DNA of 64,000 nucleotides, taken from the NCBI GenBank assembly GCA_038087875.1, contig JAXLNO010000664.1, positions 1-64,000 on the forward strand, in the 5' to 3' direction. The notes beneath the pieces are model-generated. The model saw only the letters and a program-made list of their open reading frames with translations. It searched no databases and was not told the origin of the DNA. Positions 24,003 through 35,860 of this stretch are shown in pieces. A program made the position numbers and the translations under genes. Each line of letters begins with the position of its first letter. Positions within the stretch are counted from its first letter, which is position 1. This DNA comes from Malacoraja senta (lineage: Eukaryota).

Positions 24003-24261
24003 TGGATTATATTGTTTTTTTAATTTATTGGACTTTTTTTCTTTGTTTAAAGTGTTATCTATTGAATAATCTGTTTACAACCTGTCGTGCTGATGCTGCA
24101 AGTAAGAATTTTATTGTTCCGTTTTGGGACATGGACAATCAAACATTGTCTTGACTTTTGACTCTCTCGACTACTTTTAAACGTAGTACTGATTCACCAC
24201 CCACTGAGGTTATGCGTTGCAGATTCCAACCATCCTCTGGTGAAAACACTTTTCTACAGAT

Positions 24262-24623
24262 GGGCCTGTCCAACTTACGCAACCTTTATAGGCGACTGCT
24301 GGCACCCGTCATACGTCGCCGAAATTTTCAACATGTTGAAAATTCAGCAGCAACCAAAAAAGACGCTACGACTCTTTGGAGACCTCTCACCTCTACAGGT
24401 TGTATGGTCGTGAGAGGATTCCTATAGTCGTGAGAGGTCACCCGTGACATGTCGCCAGCGGTCGCCTGTATGGTCGTGAGAGGTCTCCTATGGTCGTGAG
24501 AGGTCTCCAAAGAGTCGTAGAGTCTTTCTGGTTGCTGCTGAATTTTCAACATGTTGAAAATTTCGGCGACCTATGACGGGTGCCGGCAGTCGCCTGTAAA
24601 GGAACCGTAAGTGGCACAGGCCC
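24262..24623. mobile_element. MITE of the GGGCCTGTCC family with TIRs of about 130 bp
   Basis: 24262-24390 is the reverse complement of about 24495-24623; internal tggtcgtgagagg repeats; palindromic ttttcaacatgttgaaaa in both arms. Confidence 0.8.
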
Positions 24624-25506
24624 AACCTTTTACCCAATACTCTCTACCTGCAATATCAAATTGTAGAGACCGTTGTTTATTCCTGTTTCTGTTTCTTATA
24701 TTCTTTGTCCTAATATTCTGTAACCTGATTTCTCTCTTTCTCACCTCTTTCTCTCTTTCTTTCTCATTCTCTCTTCCTCCTTTCTCATTTTTGCTTCTCT
24801 TTCTTTGCATCTTCAGGTTTCCATCCTTCCCTTCTCAAAGTTTGCCTTGCGTTTAAACTGCGTGAAATCCCGGGATGCCGAGTGTGAAATATACTGAAAT
24901 CCCATTATTACTCAAGCTCCTTTTAACTGGCATAGCTTTGCCTTTGAGATGTTGCTCTCGACTGAACACAATAGGGCTCACTTCAAGGGAATCTTGTTTA
25001 ACTGAAGCATGACATCATAAAGACTTATTACAAACAGATATTTAGAGCAAAACAAATTGCTGTCTGAAGAAGGGTCCCGACCCAAAACGTCACCTATACT
25101 GTACATGTTCTCCAGAGATACTGCCCGACCTGTTGAGTTACTCCAGCACTTTGTATCTTTTTGTTAAGTGCTGTCTACATCCAATTTTAAACTAAAAATA
25201 TAGGCATCTTGTGAATCACTATTAAAAAAACAAAACCCAAATCTGGAGATGTAATGATCCCCTGAGCTCTGATGAAATGATCTTATGGCAGATCAACTTT
25301 TAACATTTAACTCGATGTAAATGAAAGATGATTGAAATCCATAATAATTAGGTGAGCATGGAACATAGAAGAGTGGAGCATAGAAGCACACCCTTCAGCC
25401 TACACTGTCTGTGCCGACCATGATGTCAAGGCAAACATGATCCATATCCCTGCATAATCCATGTGCCTATCTACAGATAAAAGCCTCTTAATCTGTGCAG
25501 CTCCTA

Positions 25507-25742
25507 ATTTAGTTCAGAGATAAAGGGTGAAAACAGGCCCTTCAGCCCACTGAGTCCGCGATGACCAATGATCACCCCGTACACTGTACTACACGTTAGG
25601 GGCAATTTACAGAAGCCAATTAACCCACGTGGTCACGGGAGAATGTACGTACTCTGTACAGACAGCACCAGTAGCCAGGATTGAACCCAGGTCCCTGGCG
25701 CCGTAATGCAGCAACTCTACCGCTGCGTCTTTGTGCCACCCC
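25507..25742 (-). mobile_element. HE1-like V-SINE with an internal deletion
   Basis: Reverse-complement head and tail. Confidence 0.75.
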
Positions 25743-26073
25743 CGACTTTTAGCTATTAGTGGAAATAGTGAACAAACACTTCAAAACACAAATTTCTATA
25801 CGAATGCCTCTCTAAAAGAGAGTGACATCATTTCTTAAATGGAAACCATAGCATTGATAGCAAACCATAGTAAAGATGCCTACGCTTCCGTATATTTAAC
25901 ATTACAGCTTTATGACCCAAGAAAATGGTGAAAATAATAATGTGTTCATAGGTGTGTACAAAGGAAACATGGGGACCTGGGAGCTAGAAGAACATGGCAG
26001 AAGGTCCTGACCCGAAACGCCACCTATCCAGTCCCTCCACAGACGCTGCCTGACCTGCTGAGTAGTTTAGTTT

Positions 26074-29000
26074 AATAGTAAGATTAAATGAGAACTTACC
26101 AGTTTGAAGTTTGATCTTTATTTTATGAGGAGTTACGTCGAGGGATTACGAGAAGACCCCGCCAGCACGCATGCGCGACATTCTTCAAAGCAACGGTGTG
26201 GAATCACAGTAATAGTAATGAAATAAACATAGTAAGATAAGAAGAACTAGGATACCAGTTGACCTTTACAAGAGGGTGGGCGTGGAGGGCACGTAATCCC
26301 TCGACGTAACTCCTCATAAAATAAAGTTCAAACTTCAAACTGGTAAGTTGTCGTTTATTCTTACTATTTTACTTCGGAGTCACGTGAGTGACTACGTGAA
26401 GATTTTAAAGATCTGTGATTTCATGCCATGGAAACGAGTCCATGCTTCACACACTGCATCAGTTGACTACTGATGAGTGATCATTAATAATGCATTCAGA
26501 CATGAATTAGATATAGACATGTTGATGCTTTTAATGAACAAACAATGATAATAGTAACCTCACTCAACCGAGAGGGAACTAGGAAACAGTACTAGCATAG
26601 AGTTGGCCAATACCCCCAATCTGGTAATGGGTTGTTATAAATGATTGGAAAGATCGTTATTTTGACCACCCTGCAGTCGCTAGGATGTGGTCCCCGTAAC
26701 GTCCATACCCTGCTGCTGTGGTAGTTGCAGCCCTGGTGGAATGAGACTTGAATATTAGTGTTCACTCCTGTACAAGCCAGCCCCTTTATAACCACCTGGA
26801 GATGGTCTGTAGTGATCCCTTCTTACAAGGATAATGTAACTAACAATATTGCTAGTTCAGAGTCTTTAATGCTCTAGTGACCTACATTCTGGTGTAGACT
26901 ACACACAACCGGAGGTCCATGAGATATGTGAACAATCTAGTTAGACTTGATGCCCCTGGTCTATTCTGCTTGACTAAGTCATAAACATAATGTCATTTAG
27001 CCTGCAGATATTATCTTCGTGTCCAGTCACTGCTAATGCCATGTCTGGAACCGTTGTGCTGAACTCAGTGCCATGGGCATAACCACTTGTAGGCGAGTTT
27101 GACCACGGACAGGGATGTAGCTGGAGCCCACCGACGAACAACGTGGCACAATGTTAACATCCTATATCTCTGCATACCCAGGCCTGGGAGGTTTAGAGTT
27201 GAAGATACCCTTCATTACCTGAATCCCAGAGGGTGAGACCCAACAGAGTGGATTCTGTTCCCTGCAGCCAGCATGATGAGAAGGCACTTTAGGCACAGTA
27301 AATAGCACTTTAACTTGATAATTGTCAACCCCATACAAAACTGACCTTCAAGCCGTCAGTCATTCGTGCCGAGCTGAATGTAATATAACATAAAACAAAT
27401 ACCTCCCATCTCCTTATGAGGAGATACTACTGTTTGGTGCTATCCCTGCATCTGCAGTGAGCACGTCCAAGGTATGGTTTGACAACCTGAGCCGCAGGAA
27501 TGGCCTTCGCAGAGTCTGTAATCAAAGCATAGGTTATATCATGCAAAGGATGGTTCCCCGAGTCACGGTAAAACCAGCAAATTTTATGTCCAGAATTAAC
27601 CATATAAGGTTCTGTCATCATTCCCCACATCAGCGGGAACCATGGCTGTAGAAGCACTATGCTGAATTTGCAATACCCGTCTGATGAGGCAAAATGGAGG
27701 AAGACATTCCTCCCCAGTGTAGCGAGAATACATCCATCGCCATTGATATGCCACATCTATTGCAACTGGTGTTTGAGCCTTGGATGCAGACATTTCGATC
27801 TTCATCGTTCCATCGAGCCACAATGTCATTGAACACTTAGCGATCCAACATCAATTCTGTATTGACAATTGATGATATACCAGTGCTAGATGAGATTAGG
27901 TAATTTATCACCGGATACTTTGACTGATTATACCCATGTGATCAACATATACCTCCACCAAAGTGAATCAACTTGGACTTAAGCTGCACCCCTTAATCCA
28001 CAGAATGCACCTGTTGTCTGTAAGTAGTTGACACCATATAACTGAACATTTGGTAACTCATGCAAATCCCATCCGTCTCCGTAATTTAGAGCTGATATTA
28101 GTAATTTTCTATCTTTGAGCAATAGCATCAGTTTGTAATTAACTGAAGATAATTGATGAAAAGTTAATGGAGCAATGCTGAATACTATTCGTCCATCATG
28201 GTGACTTTGATAGTTTCAGCCGGGAATAGGAAAGGTCTGGTAACAATAGTATTTGAGAATTGATTCCAATCTCTTGCCTCAGGGCGGAGTCCCAGACTAT
28301 TTCAGTTGGTATCAACGTAAATTTAACTTAAATTTAACTGGATGGATGAGAAGTCAATTCCAGCTAAATTTTGAAATACCTCTGGTGCCTTGTGAATGGA
28401 AACTGATCCCATGGTAGTTAACAGTCACGAAGTTCCCTATTCAGAAATGTCTATACTGCACAAGCGAGTTGTACCTGTTAACAATGAACAGGCCTCATTG
28501 CCCCAATTGCGATTCTGCCTAAAAAGGCAACGCCAACCATGTTTTCGAGAACTCTGGTGCTTGAATGCTGTGCAGTATAAACTAATCTGATCTGTAAAAC
28601 CCAAGTGTAAATATTACCAACTAGTATCTGTAATCGGAAGCTTCTCCATCATACTCCAAATGGGAGGACTTGTGCAACCCTCCCAGGAGCTGCCTCAACC
28701 AGCTTCATCCTTCAATCAGCTTCATCCTTCATACATCCGAATGGTGGGACTTATGCAACCTGAGTCAGGAGCTGCCTTAGGTAAGCACCATCTGCATCCA
28801 TCTGTTTTATCGAGTGGGAGTAATTGATACCCTGAAACAGGTGTCGCTTCAGGCATATGTGCACTTCAGTAGCACCCTCTACCTCTCCGGCTCATTTGAG
28901 TGGGAGGAAATTTGCAAGCCTGAACCAGGAGCTGCTGCCTGACATGCCTTCCACACTCTTGCGGGGTTGGCACATCTTTCATGAAGGCCGTTCTGGGCCG

Positions 29001-30340
29001 CGGTCTAAAAAAGACCTCTGTTCTGATCGTATGGCCTTCGGCTTTCACCAGCTTCGGTGTCTGCATAGTAGAGTTGTGGCATCTTCAGCCAACCCCATGT
29101 CTTCAGAGTCAGCCCAGAAGTGACTCCTAATGCTCCCCTCTGTCGAGGGAGATGCATTATGCAGCTCTCAACGAGGTGCTGCCATGGCCGTCCTAGGAGG
29201 CCCATGGTGACAAGGCTCCATGTCCTGGAGCACGTCACATTGGAGCATCTGTTCCATCAACCGCCCATGCGGGATATGCGATCTCGGTCGCTGCCTGCCG
29301 GCAGTGATTCTTCACGGCCCGACTCGTCCGAGTCTATGGCCTGTCCGTCCTCTGCTTGGTCTTTCCGCCAGTCTGTAGTGTTGATTCAGACTGTACAGGT
29401 GCCTGGACAGAGACTGCTGACCGCATAGATTGCGATCCAGATGCAGTCGGCCGCTGCTGACTGCCCGTACTTCCGCGGTCCAGCCAGTCTGGATGCAGCC
29501 CGTTTGGACTTCGTTACCGACTTGTCCATAGTTCCTTCCCTGTAACACAGAAATGGAACAAAATACGACCCCAGAGTAAAGAACTTACCTGCAGGTCTTG
29601 TTATCTGGAAAAGGCGGATTCGACCGCTGCCCGCTACCCGCAGTCTGCGGTCTCCGTAGCGGGTTCCCTGCGGTCCCTGTTGAAGGGATTCCCCGCAAAG
29701 CCCATGTCGGGTTTTCCCCCATAGTTCTCGCAGCTGGAATTCCCTCTGCAGTCCTTGTAGAAGCGATCCCCGCGAGATCCTTGTCGGGTTTTTCCACCGA
29801 GCCTGGTATCCCCGCGGTTCTCGCAGCCGGGGTTCCCTCTGCAGTCATTGTAGAAGGGATCCCCGCGAGGTCCATGTCCCCGTGGCGGCCCCTGGAAAAA
29901 CTATTGTCTTACCCTCCAGTGGGTTGCCAGCAGTCTGAAGCCACTGGCTCCACCGCCAGCGACTCGAAAAAGGCGAACTCAACCGCCGCCCGCATCGCGG
30001 CCTCCGTAGCGGGTTCCCCGCGATCCGTGGGCGGGTTTCCCCGAGGTCGTGACCGGGTTTCCCCGACCCTGTGGTCAGCGACTGGGGTTCCTCGGGCTCC
30101 ATAAAGGATCTCCCACGGCCCTGCCGACTTCGCCGAAATAAAGCAGGACCTCTGTAAGGCTTACAGAGATTCCTGCAAAACACAACCTGGAAAAGTTTAA
30201 AACTTACCTTCAGGTTGGACCGCTGGTGGAGCAGCGCTCCCCCCCAGCCTGTCGTTTGCGCAATGCGATAGACGATATGGCACTGCATGCGTGCTGGCGG
30301 GGTCTTCACGTAGTCACTCACGTGACTCCGAAGTAAAATA
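26074..30340 (-). mobile_element. DIRS1-type tyrosine-recombinase retrotransposon, copy A (ORFs decayed)
   Basis: Inverted termini (gaagaccccgccagcacgcatgc / gcatgcgtgctggcggggtcttc); ICR at about 26290-26402 complementary to both ends; remnants such as PPFCLIRRVL and QPWFP; AAT(A) at both junctions. Confidence 0.9.
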
Positions 30341-30503
30341 TTAGTTTAAACATCCAGTGCAGAAACAGGCCCTTTGGCCACCGAGACCACGCCGACCCGT
30401 GATCTCCTATACACTCGCACTAGGGAAAATGTATAATATTTTACTGAAGCCAAATTAACCTACAAACCTGTATGTCCTTGGAGTGTGGGAGGAAACCGGA
30501 GCG
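30341..30503 (-). mobile_element. HE1-like SINE 3' part; its (TTTAG)n tail is split by DIRS copy A
   Basis: agtttagttt|DIRS|ttagtttaaacatccagtgcagaaacaggccc. Confidence 0.7.
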
Positions 30504-31979
30504 CAAATAAACGTGAATTAACACAAGAGTGTAAGCAAGAACAGAGAAAGAATTAAAGTGAGGGAAAACATTACATGATAATGGGAATAAGAAAAAAATG
30601 TTTCAAAATACCATTTAAAAAAAGATGCCAACTGCTTCAAAACTGCTGTCAAAGGGTTAATTGGATGTGATTGACGATAATGGTTAAAGGGATGCTTATG
30701 CCAGTAATTACTGATCATAAATATCAGCAACAAGTTCTGTTTCTATCTACTTCACGTTCTTCCATACACGTCAACAATAGAACTGACAGCAATCCTGGAT
30801 AATCTGATTTATCTGCACAATTCTCCTCACCTGAAGTAGTCAGACCATCTGTGCACAAACAACACCAAGTGGGGTTGTTATATTGACAGCCAATTTTAGG
30901 CCATTATTATAGGCGTTCTATGAATCACATTTTTTTTTAAAAAGAGCCTCAAATCTGGCATTGAAATGACCCAAATTGTGGCACTCTACAAGTGAGGAGT
31001 TCAGTGGTGCTCTGTCTACACTCTGGCAGGGTCGAACAATTTATTCTCAGTAATGTAAAGTTGCACAAAATCATTTGCTCTTGTCGCTGTTGAACAGTGA
31101 CATGTAAAGTCTCTGTGTTTGGCATTGAAGGCTGGTTCTGCTTTCAAAAAGGTTAAACCTTTTAAAGTCCGCACATTTGCTAGTAATTCTACACAGCCTG
31201 TGTTCTCCGATGTAACAGCACCAGGAGAAGAGAATTTCAAATAAGCTATTAGCCAGTGAGAGTAATTTGAACTTTACTATATATGACACATTCCTCAAAT
31301 GGGGGAAGAATCATTTGCGAAACGGCTATTTCTGTCAGCAGTATTCTTTGCTGTATTATGATGCCCTTGTTTTGCCCACAATGTGCAGATTGCTTCCTGT
31401 TTACTGGCACTGCAGTTCCTGTCAGCATCAGGTAGAAGGATTGAATCTCGTGTAAATGAGCTTATTTCAATCTCCGCTCTCTTAACAGAAGTGTGATCAG
31501 GAGCTAAAATGGGGATATAATTAATTTCTCAAAATTTCAGATTGATCTATGATTCTGAATTTAATAAGGTGCAGTTTAAGGCAGAGGTGGGTAGATTCTT
31601 GATTAGTACGGTGTCAAGAGATTATGGGGAGAAGGCAGGAGAATAGGAGGGAGAGATAGATCAGCCATGATTGAATGGTAGAGTAGACTTGATGGGCCGA
31701 ATGGCCTAATTCTGTTCCTGTCACATGATTTTAGGACATGAATAGTTTTGAGATAAGCATAGGAACAGGCCATACGTCCTCTGACGGAAGCCACAAAAAA
31801 TTGTGTCTTTTGCCTGCAGGTTCTGAACCTCAGTCCCAGTTTTAGCACAAATCCCAGGCAAATATTTCACTAATCGAGGTGCTGCCTTGCGAGATGTGAT
31901 GGGAATGTTTGGATAGATTCCAGAGATCTGGGACACTGACCTGGCAGAGTGAGCTTGTATTCTGACCACAGCAGCAAAA

Positions 31980-32315
31980 GTGTCACGTGTACCAAGGTAA
32001 AGTGTACAGCTCTTTTGTTGCCTGCCATCCAAAGCGAAAAGACTATACAATCAAGCCATCCATAGTGCACAGATACAGGATAAAAGGAATAACGTTTAGT
32101 GCAAGATAAAGTCCAATAAAATCTGATTAAAGATAGTTCAAAGGACTCCAATAGGATAGATGGAACGTCAGGACCGCTGTTTAGTTGTTGGTGGGATGGT
32201 TCAGTTGCCTGATAACTGCCCATGAATCTGGAGGTGTGCGTTTTCAAACTTTTGTACCTCTTGCCTAATGGGAGAGGGGAGAAGAGGAAGTGACCGGGGC
32301 GAGACTGGTCCTTGA
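31980..32315 (-). mobile_element. Rex1/Babar-like LINE 3' fragment
   Basis: Homologous to 11476-11845 (KTHTSRF; gcaagataaagtcca). Confidence 0.75.
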
Positions 32316-32374
32316 TTTAAAGTAGTAGATCTACTTATAGTATAGGAAGATCCAGTAAATCTAAAGTAACGTGG

Positions 32375-32588
32375 CAACACAGTGGTGCAGCGCTAGAGTT
32401 GTTGCCTTACAGCACCAAAGATCTGGGTTCGATCCTGACCGTGGGTGCTGTCTGTATGGAGTTTGTATGTTCTCCCTGTGAATGAGTGGATTTTCTTCCG
32501 GGTGCTCCAGTTTCCACCCACATTCCAAAGACCTGTGGGTTAGTAGGTAAATTGGTTTCTGTATATTGTCCCCTCGTGTGTAGGATAG
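32375..32588 (+). mobile_element. HE1-like V-SINE 5' part; continues at 37077-37145 after the DIRS copy B insertion
   Basis: gtgtaggatag|aat..DIRS..aat|tagtgtacggggtgatcgctggtc rejoins the SINE. Confidence 0.85.
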
Positions 32589-33138
32589 AATAGTAAGATT
32601 AAACGAGAACTTACCAGTTTGAAGTTTGATCTTTATTTTATGAGGAGTTACGTTGGTGATTACGTGAAGAAGTCCCGTCAGGGCGCATGCGCGTCAATCT
32701 TCAAAGCAGCGGTATGAAATCACAGACAACACCATAATTGAAGTAACATATTAAGATGATCAACATGAGAACTACCATTATGACCCTTTTTTCTATGAGA
32801 GAGGGTTGGGCGTGGCGGGCACGTAATCACCAACGTAACTCCTCATAAAATAAAGATCAAACTTCAAACTGGTAAGTTCTCGTTTAATCTTACTATTTTA
32901 CTTCGGAGTCACGCGAGTGACTACGTGAAGATTTTAAAGCTGTGATTTTTATGCCGCAGATCAAAATCCCGGCTTCTCACTGCATCGATTGACCGAGTAT
33001 CATCAATAATGCTGTAAACATGACATTGCATATCATGCAAAAACAAAACAGTTTTATTTTTGGTCATAAAACAACCAATAAACCCTCTTAATGTAGGGCA
33101 ACAAACGAAACAGAATGAAACAGTATTGAAAACAGACT

Positions 33139-34120
33139 TTAAACAATAGCAACAGCACTCAATATTGAGTTAGCAAACAGCCCTCCATCGGCAATCGGCC
33201 GATGGTAGTATTGCTGAAACACAAGTTCATTTTTCCAACCTGCGGCTTTTAATATATGGTCGATGGGAACGTCCATCGCCCTGGCCGCGGATGTTGCTAC
33301 TGCGCTAGTGGAATGAGATGTAAACACATAAATGTTAATTCCTGCCTGAACCAACTCTTGCTTTAACCACCTTGAGATAGTCTGAACTGCCACTCTTTTA
33401 TGTTGGCTTTTTGTAACCGACAAATAATCCTGTTTCTTCTTGTCTTAAAGCCCTTGTGGCTTCAATGTAATGTAACAAATGTGTCCTTACACATAAACAT
33501 GAGGTTGTAGGATATGCTGAGAACACAATCTTAAAACCTGTCTCACCTGGCCTGCTTTGTTTGAGCAGGTCAGAAATATAAAACAGAACATTCTCTGTAT
33601 TCACTTCCATTCTCTCGAACTGAAGTTTTTTGGAAAATCTGCACTCTCTGTACTGACACCAATGCCATTAGCATAGCCAATTTCATGGTTAATTTTAACA
33701 AAGTTATAGCCGTGACAGGGACCCAATGACGAAGTATGTTACGAACAACACTTACCTCGCAGATTACCATATACCTAGGCTTAGGCGGTTTGGAATTAGA
33801 TTCTTTTCATCAACCTAGATATGAGAGGGTGAGAACCTATACTTTGTGTCCGTGTACCTATTACAAAATATGCGGACAAACCACTTCTAGCTGTATTGAT
33901 AGCAGTATAGCTAAGACCTTCATCATAATAAAGTGTAGATAAACTCTAACACATTTTCAATAATTACAGTATCATATTGAATATTCTTTTGAACACAATA
34001 TTGTTCCTTTTTTTTTTTTTTTTTTTTCTTCCCATAAGTCATATACTGTTTTTGAGTACTCTTTCTCCAGACTGCAGCGAGTATATACACCGTTGGCCTA
34101 GAAAGTCCTCGACCAATGCA
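33139..34120 (-). pseudogene. Tyrosine recombinase of DIRS copy B (frameshifted)
   Basis: KLAMLMALVSVQRVQ, LLKQSRPG, CLCVRTHLLHYIEATRALR, TISRWLK..FTSHSTSAVATS..ILKAAGW..FQQYY. Confidence 0.88.
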
Positions 34121-34129
34121 AGGCATTCT

Positions 34130-35860
34130 TGAAACCTGCAAACTAACAGATCCATACCGTCACATAACGGATGAACTTAATGCGTTACTGGATGCTCCAG
34201 CAAATTCCTACTGTTTGGAATCAGCAAAAAGAGGTTAGATCGCTATCTGTAACATCAAAGGGAACCATGGTTGAATCAGGCAATTTGGTATGACCAAAAC
34301 ACCTGAAGCGGCATCCTGCTTGATTTTCTCAAACACCGACCTATGAGGCAGAATGGTGGGAAAATATACACAAACATATCATCCCAATTTAGTGAAAAAG
34401 CATCAATTGCCACTGCCCCTGGATCTGGTGCCTATGAAACATATTTTGGCCTTCCATATAGAAGTACTATGTTCTTGAACACATCCTGGTTCCACATCCA
34501 CTCTGTGTTATGATGGAATTTTCGTGAACTGCCATCTGGTACTACATTAAGTTTCCCTGGCAGATAGATAGCTCCAATCCAAATCTCTCTATCCCTACTC
34601 CAGGTCCAATTGTATTTGCCAACCTGTCACATGATAACGATTTGATTCCACCCATGTGATTCATATCAGCAACTGCTGCAGTGTTGTCTATTTTGCACTG
34701 CACATGCAAACTAGTTTAGTTAGTGCCATAAGCCTTGAGTCCATAAAATACTCTTGGTTAATTCCCCATGTATGCAGAAGCAATGTTCATCTGTCTCCAC
34801 CGCTGGATCTTGTATCAGTAGCACCCTACCCAAGTGCTCTGACATCTGTCTGCAAATCATGGAAGCTTGGTCCAATAACACTTTGGAACTACTAGTGGAG
34901 ACAAGCTGAATCCACCATTGTACATCAGCAACAGCCTCTATTGATAGAAGCATAGGTCTATTATAATGACCCCAATGTATCCTCAATGCTTGTTCCTTTG
35001 ACCTTTGTAATTGTAGATAATAAAGTGGCCAATTGAACTGCTGGAAATGCTGCCAGCCATTACCACAGCAGTCTTGTCACCTGGCTAATTGAAGGCTGTG
35101 TGTTAGCAATTAACTTGATATAGCTCTTAATTAGCTGTACCCTTTTTTGCCTGGGCAAGGTCACAATGATGTTGATTAAGTCCATTGTGAACCCAACTAG
35201 TCAATTTGTGTCACAGGTATAAATTTAGATTCCTCAGAATAGCTTATAAAGCCCAATTAAAATTGGTTTTTACCAACTGCCACTGATGCTTCAGCTGTTT
35301 CCTTTGATTGTCCTACAATCAAGATGTTATTTAGCTAAGCCATGAGCACATGACCTTGACTTCTCATCATGCCTAGAATAGGTTTTAACAACTTTGTAAT
35401 CCCTCTAGGAGCTGAAGACAAACCATTAGGCAGTGGATTGTATTGGCATAATTCCCCATCCAGCTGAATTTTAAATCTTCTATCCTGCAAATGAACAGAC
35501 ACTGAATCCGCATCTTTAAGATCTCCTTCACAAACATTTCCATCTTAAAATGTCTATACCGTACAAAAGGGTTAAACCTATTCAGGTCTGTATAATTCTG
35601 CATCCCCCCATCCTTTTTTGGTCTGGGAAAGATATTGGACACAAACTGATGGCTTTGGTAAACTGCCTTAGCAATTACACCTTTATTACATAAGCTTGCA
35701 AGTTCCAGCTGAACTTCCAATTGTTCAGTGATACTGAAGTCAAACTCCTTTTTTGGAACATGTTGCATGGGTAAATCAGAATTTGCATTTAAGCTTTATT
35801 CGATGCCCTTGAATAACCTTCAGTATAAACATATCTGAGGTAAACATTTAATTGTATCAC
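34130..35860 (-). pseudogene. RT / RNase H / adenine-methyltransferase-like ORF of DIRS copy B (disrupted)
   Basis: FVSNIFPRPKKDGG..DLNRFNPFVRYRHFKME (RT); PDPGAVAIDAFSLNW, YIFPPFCLIG and GVLVIP..QPWFP (MT-like) at about 34260-34440. Confidence 0.85.

Noticed and set aside
31016..31298. Short ORFs in the repeat-free region as a possible host exon
   Set aside because: No recognisable protein similarity or convincing splice-site pair
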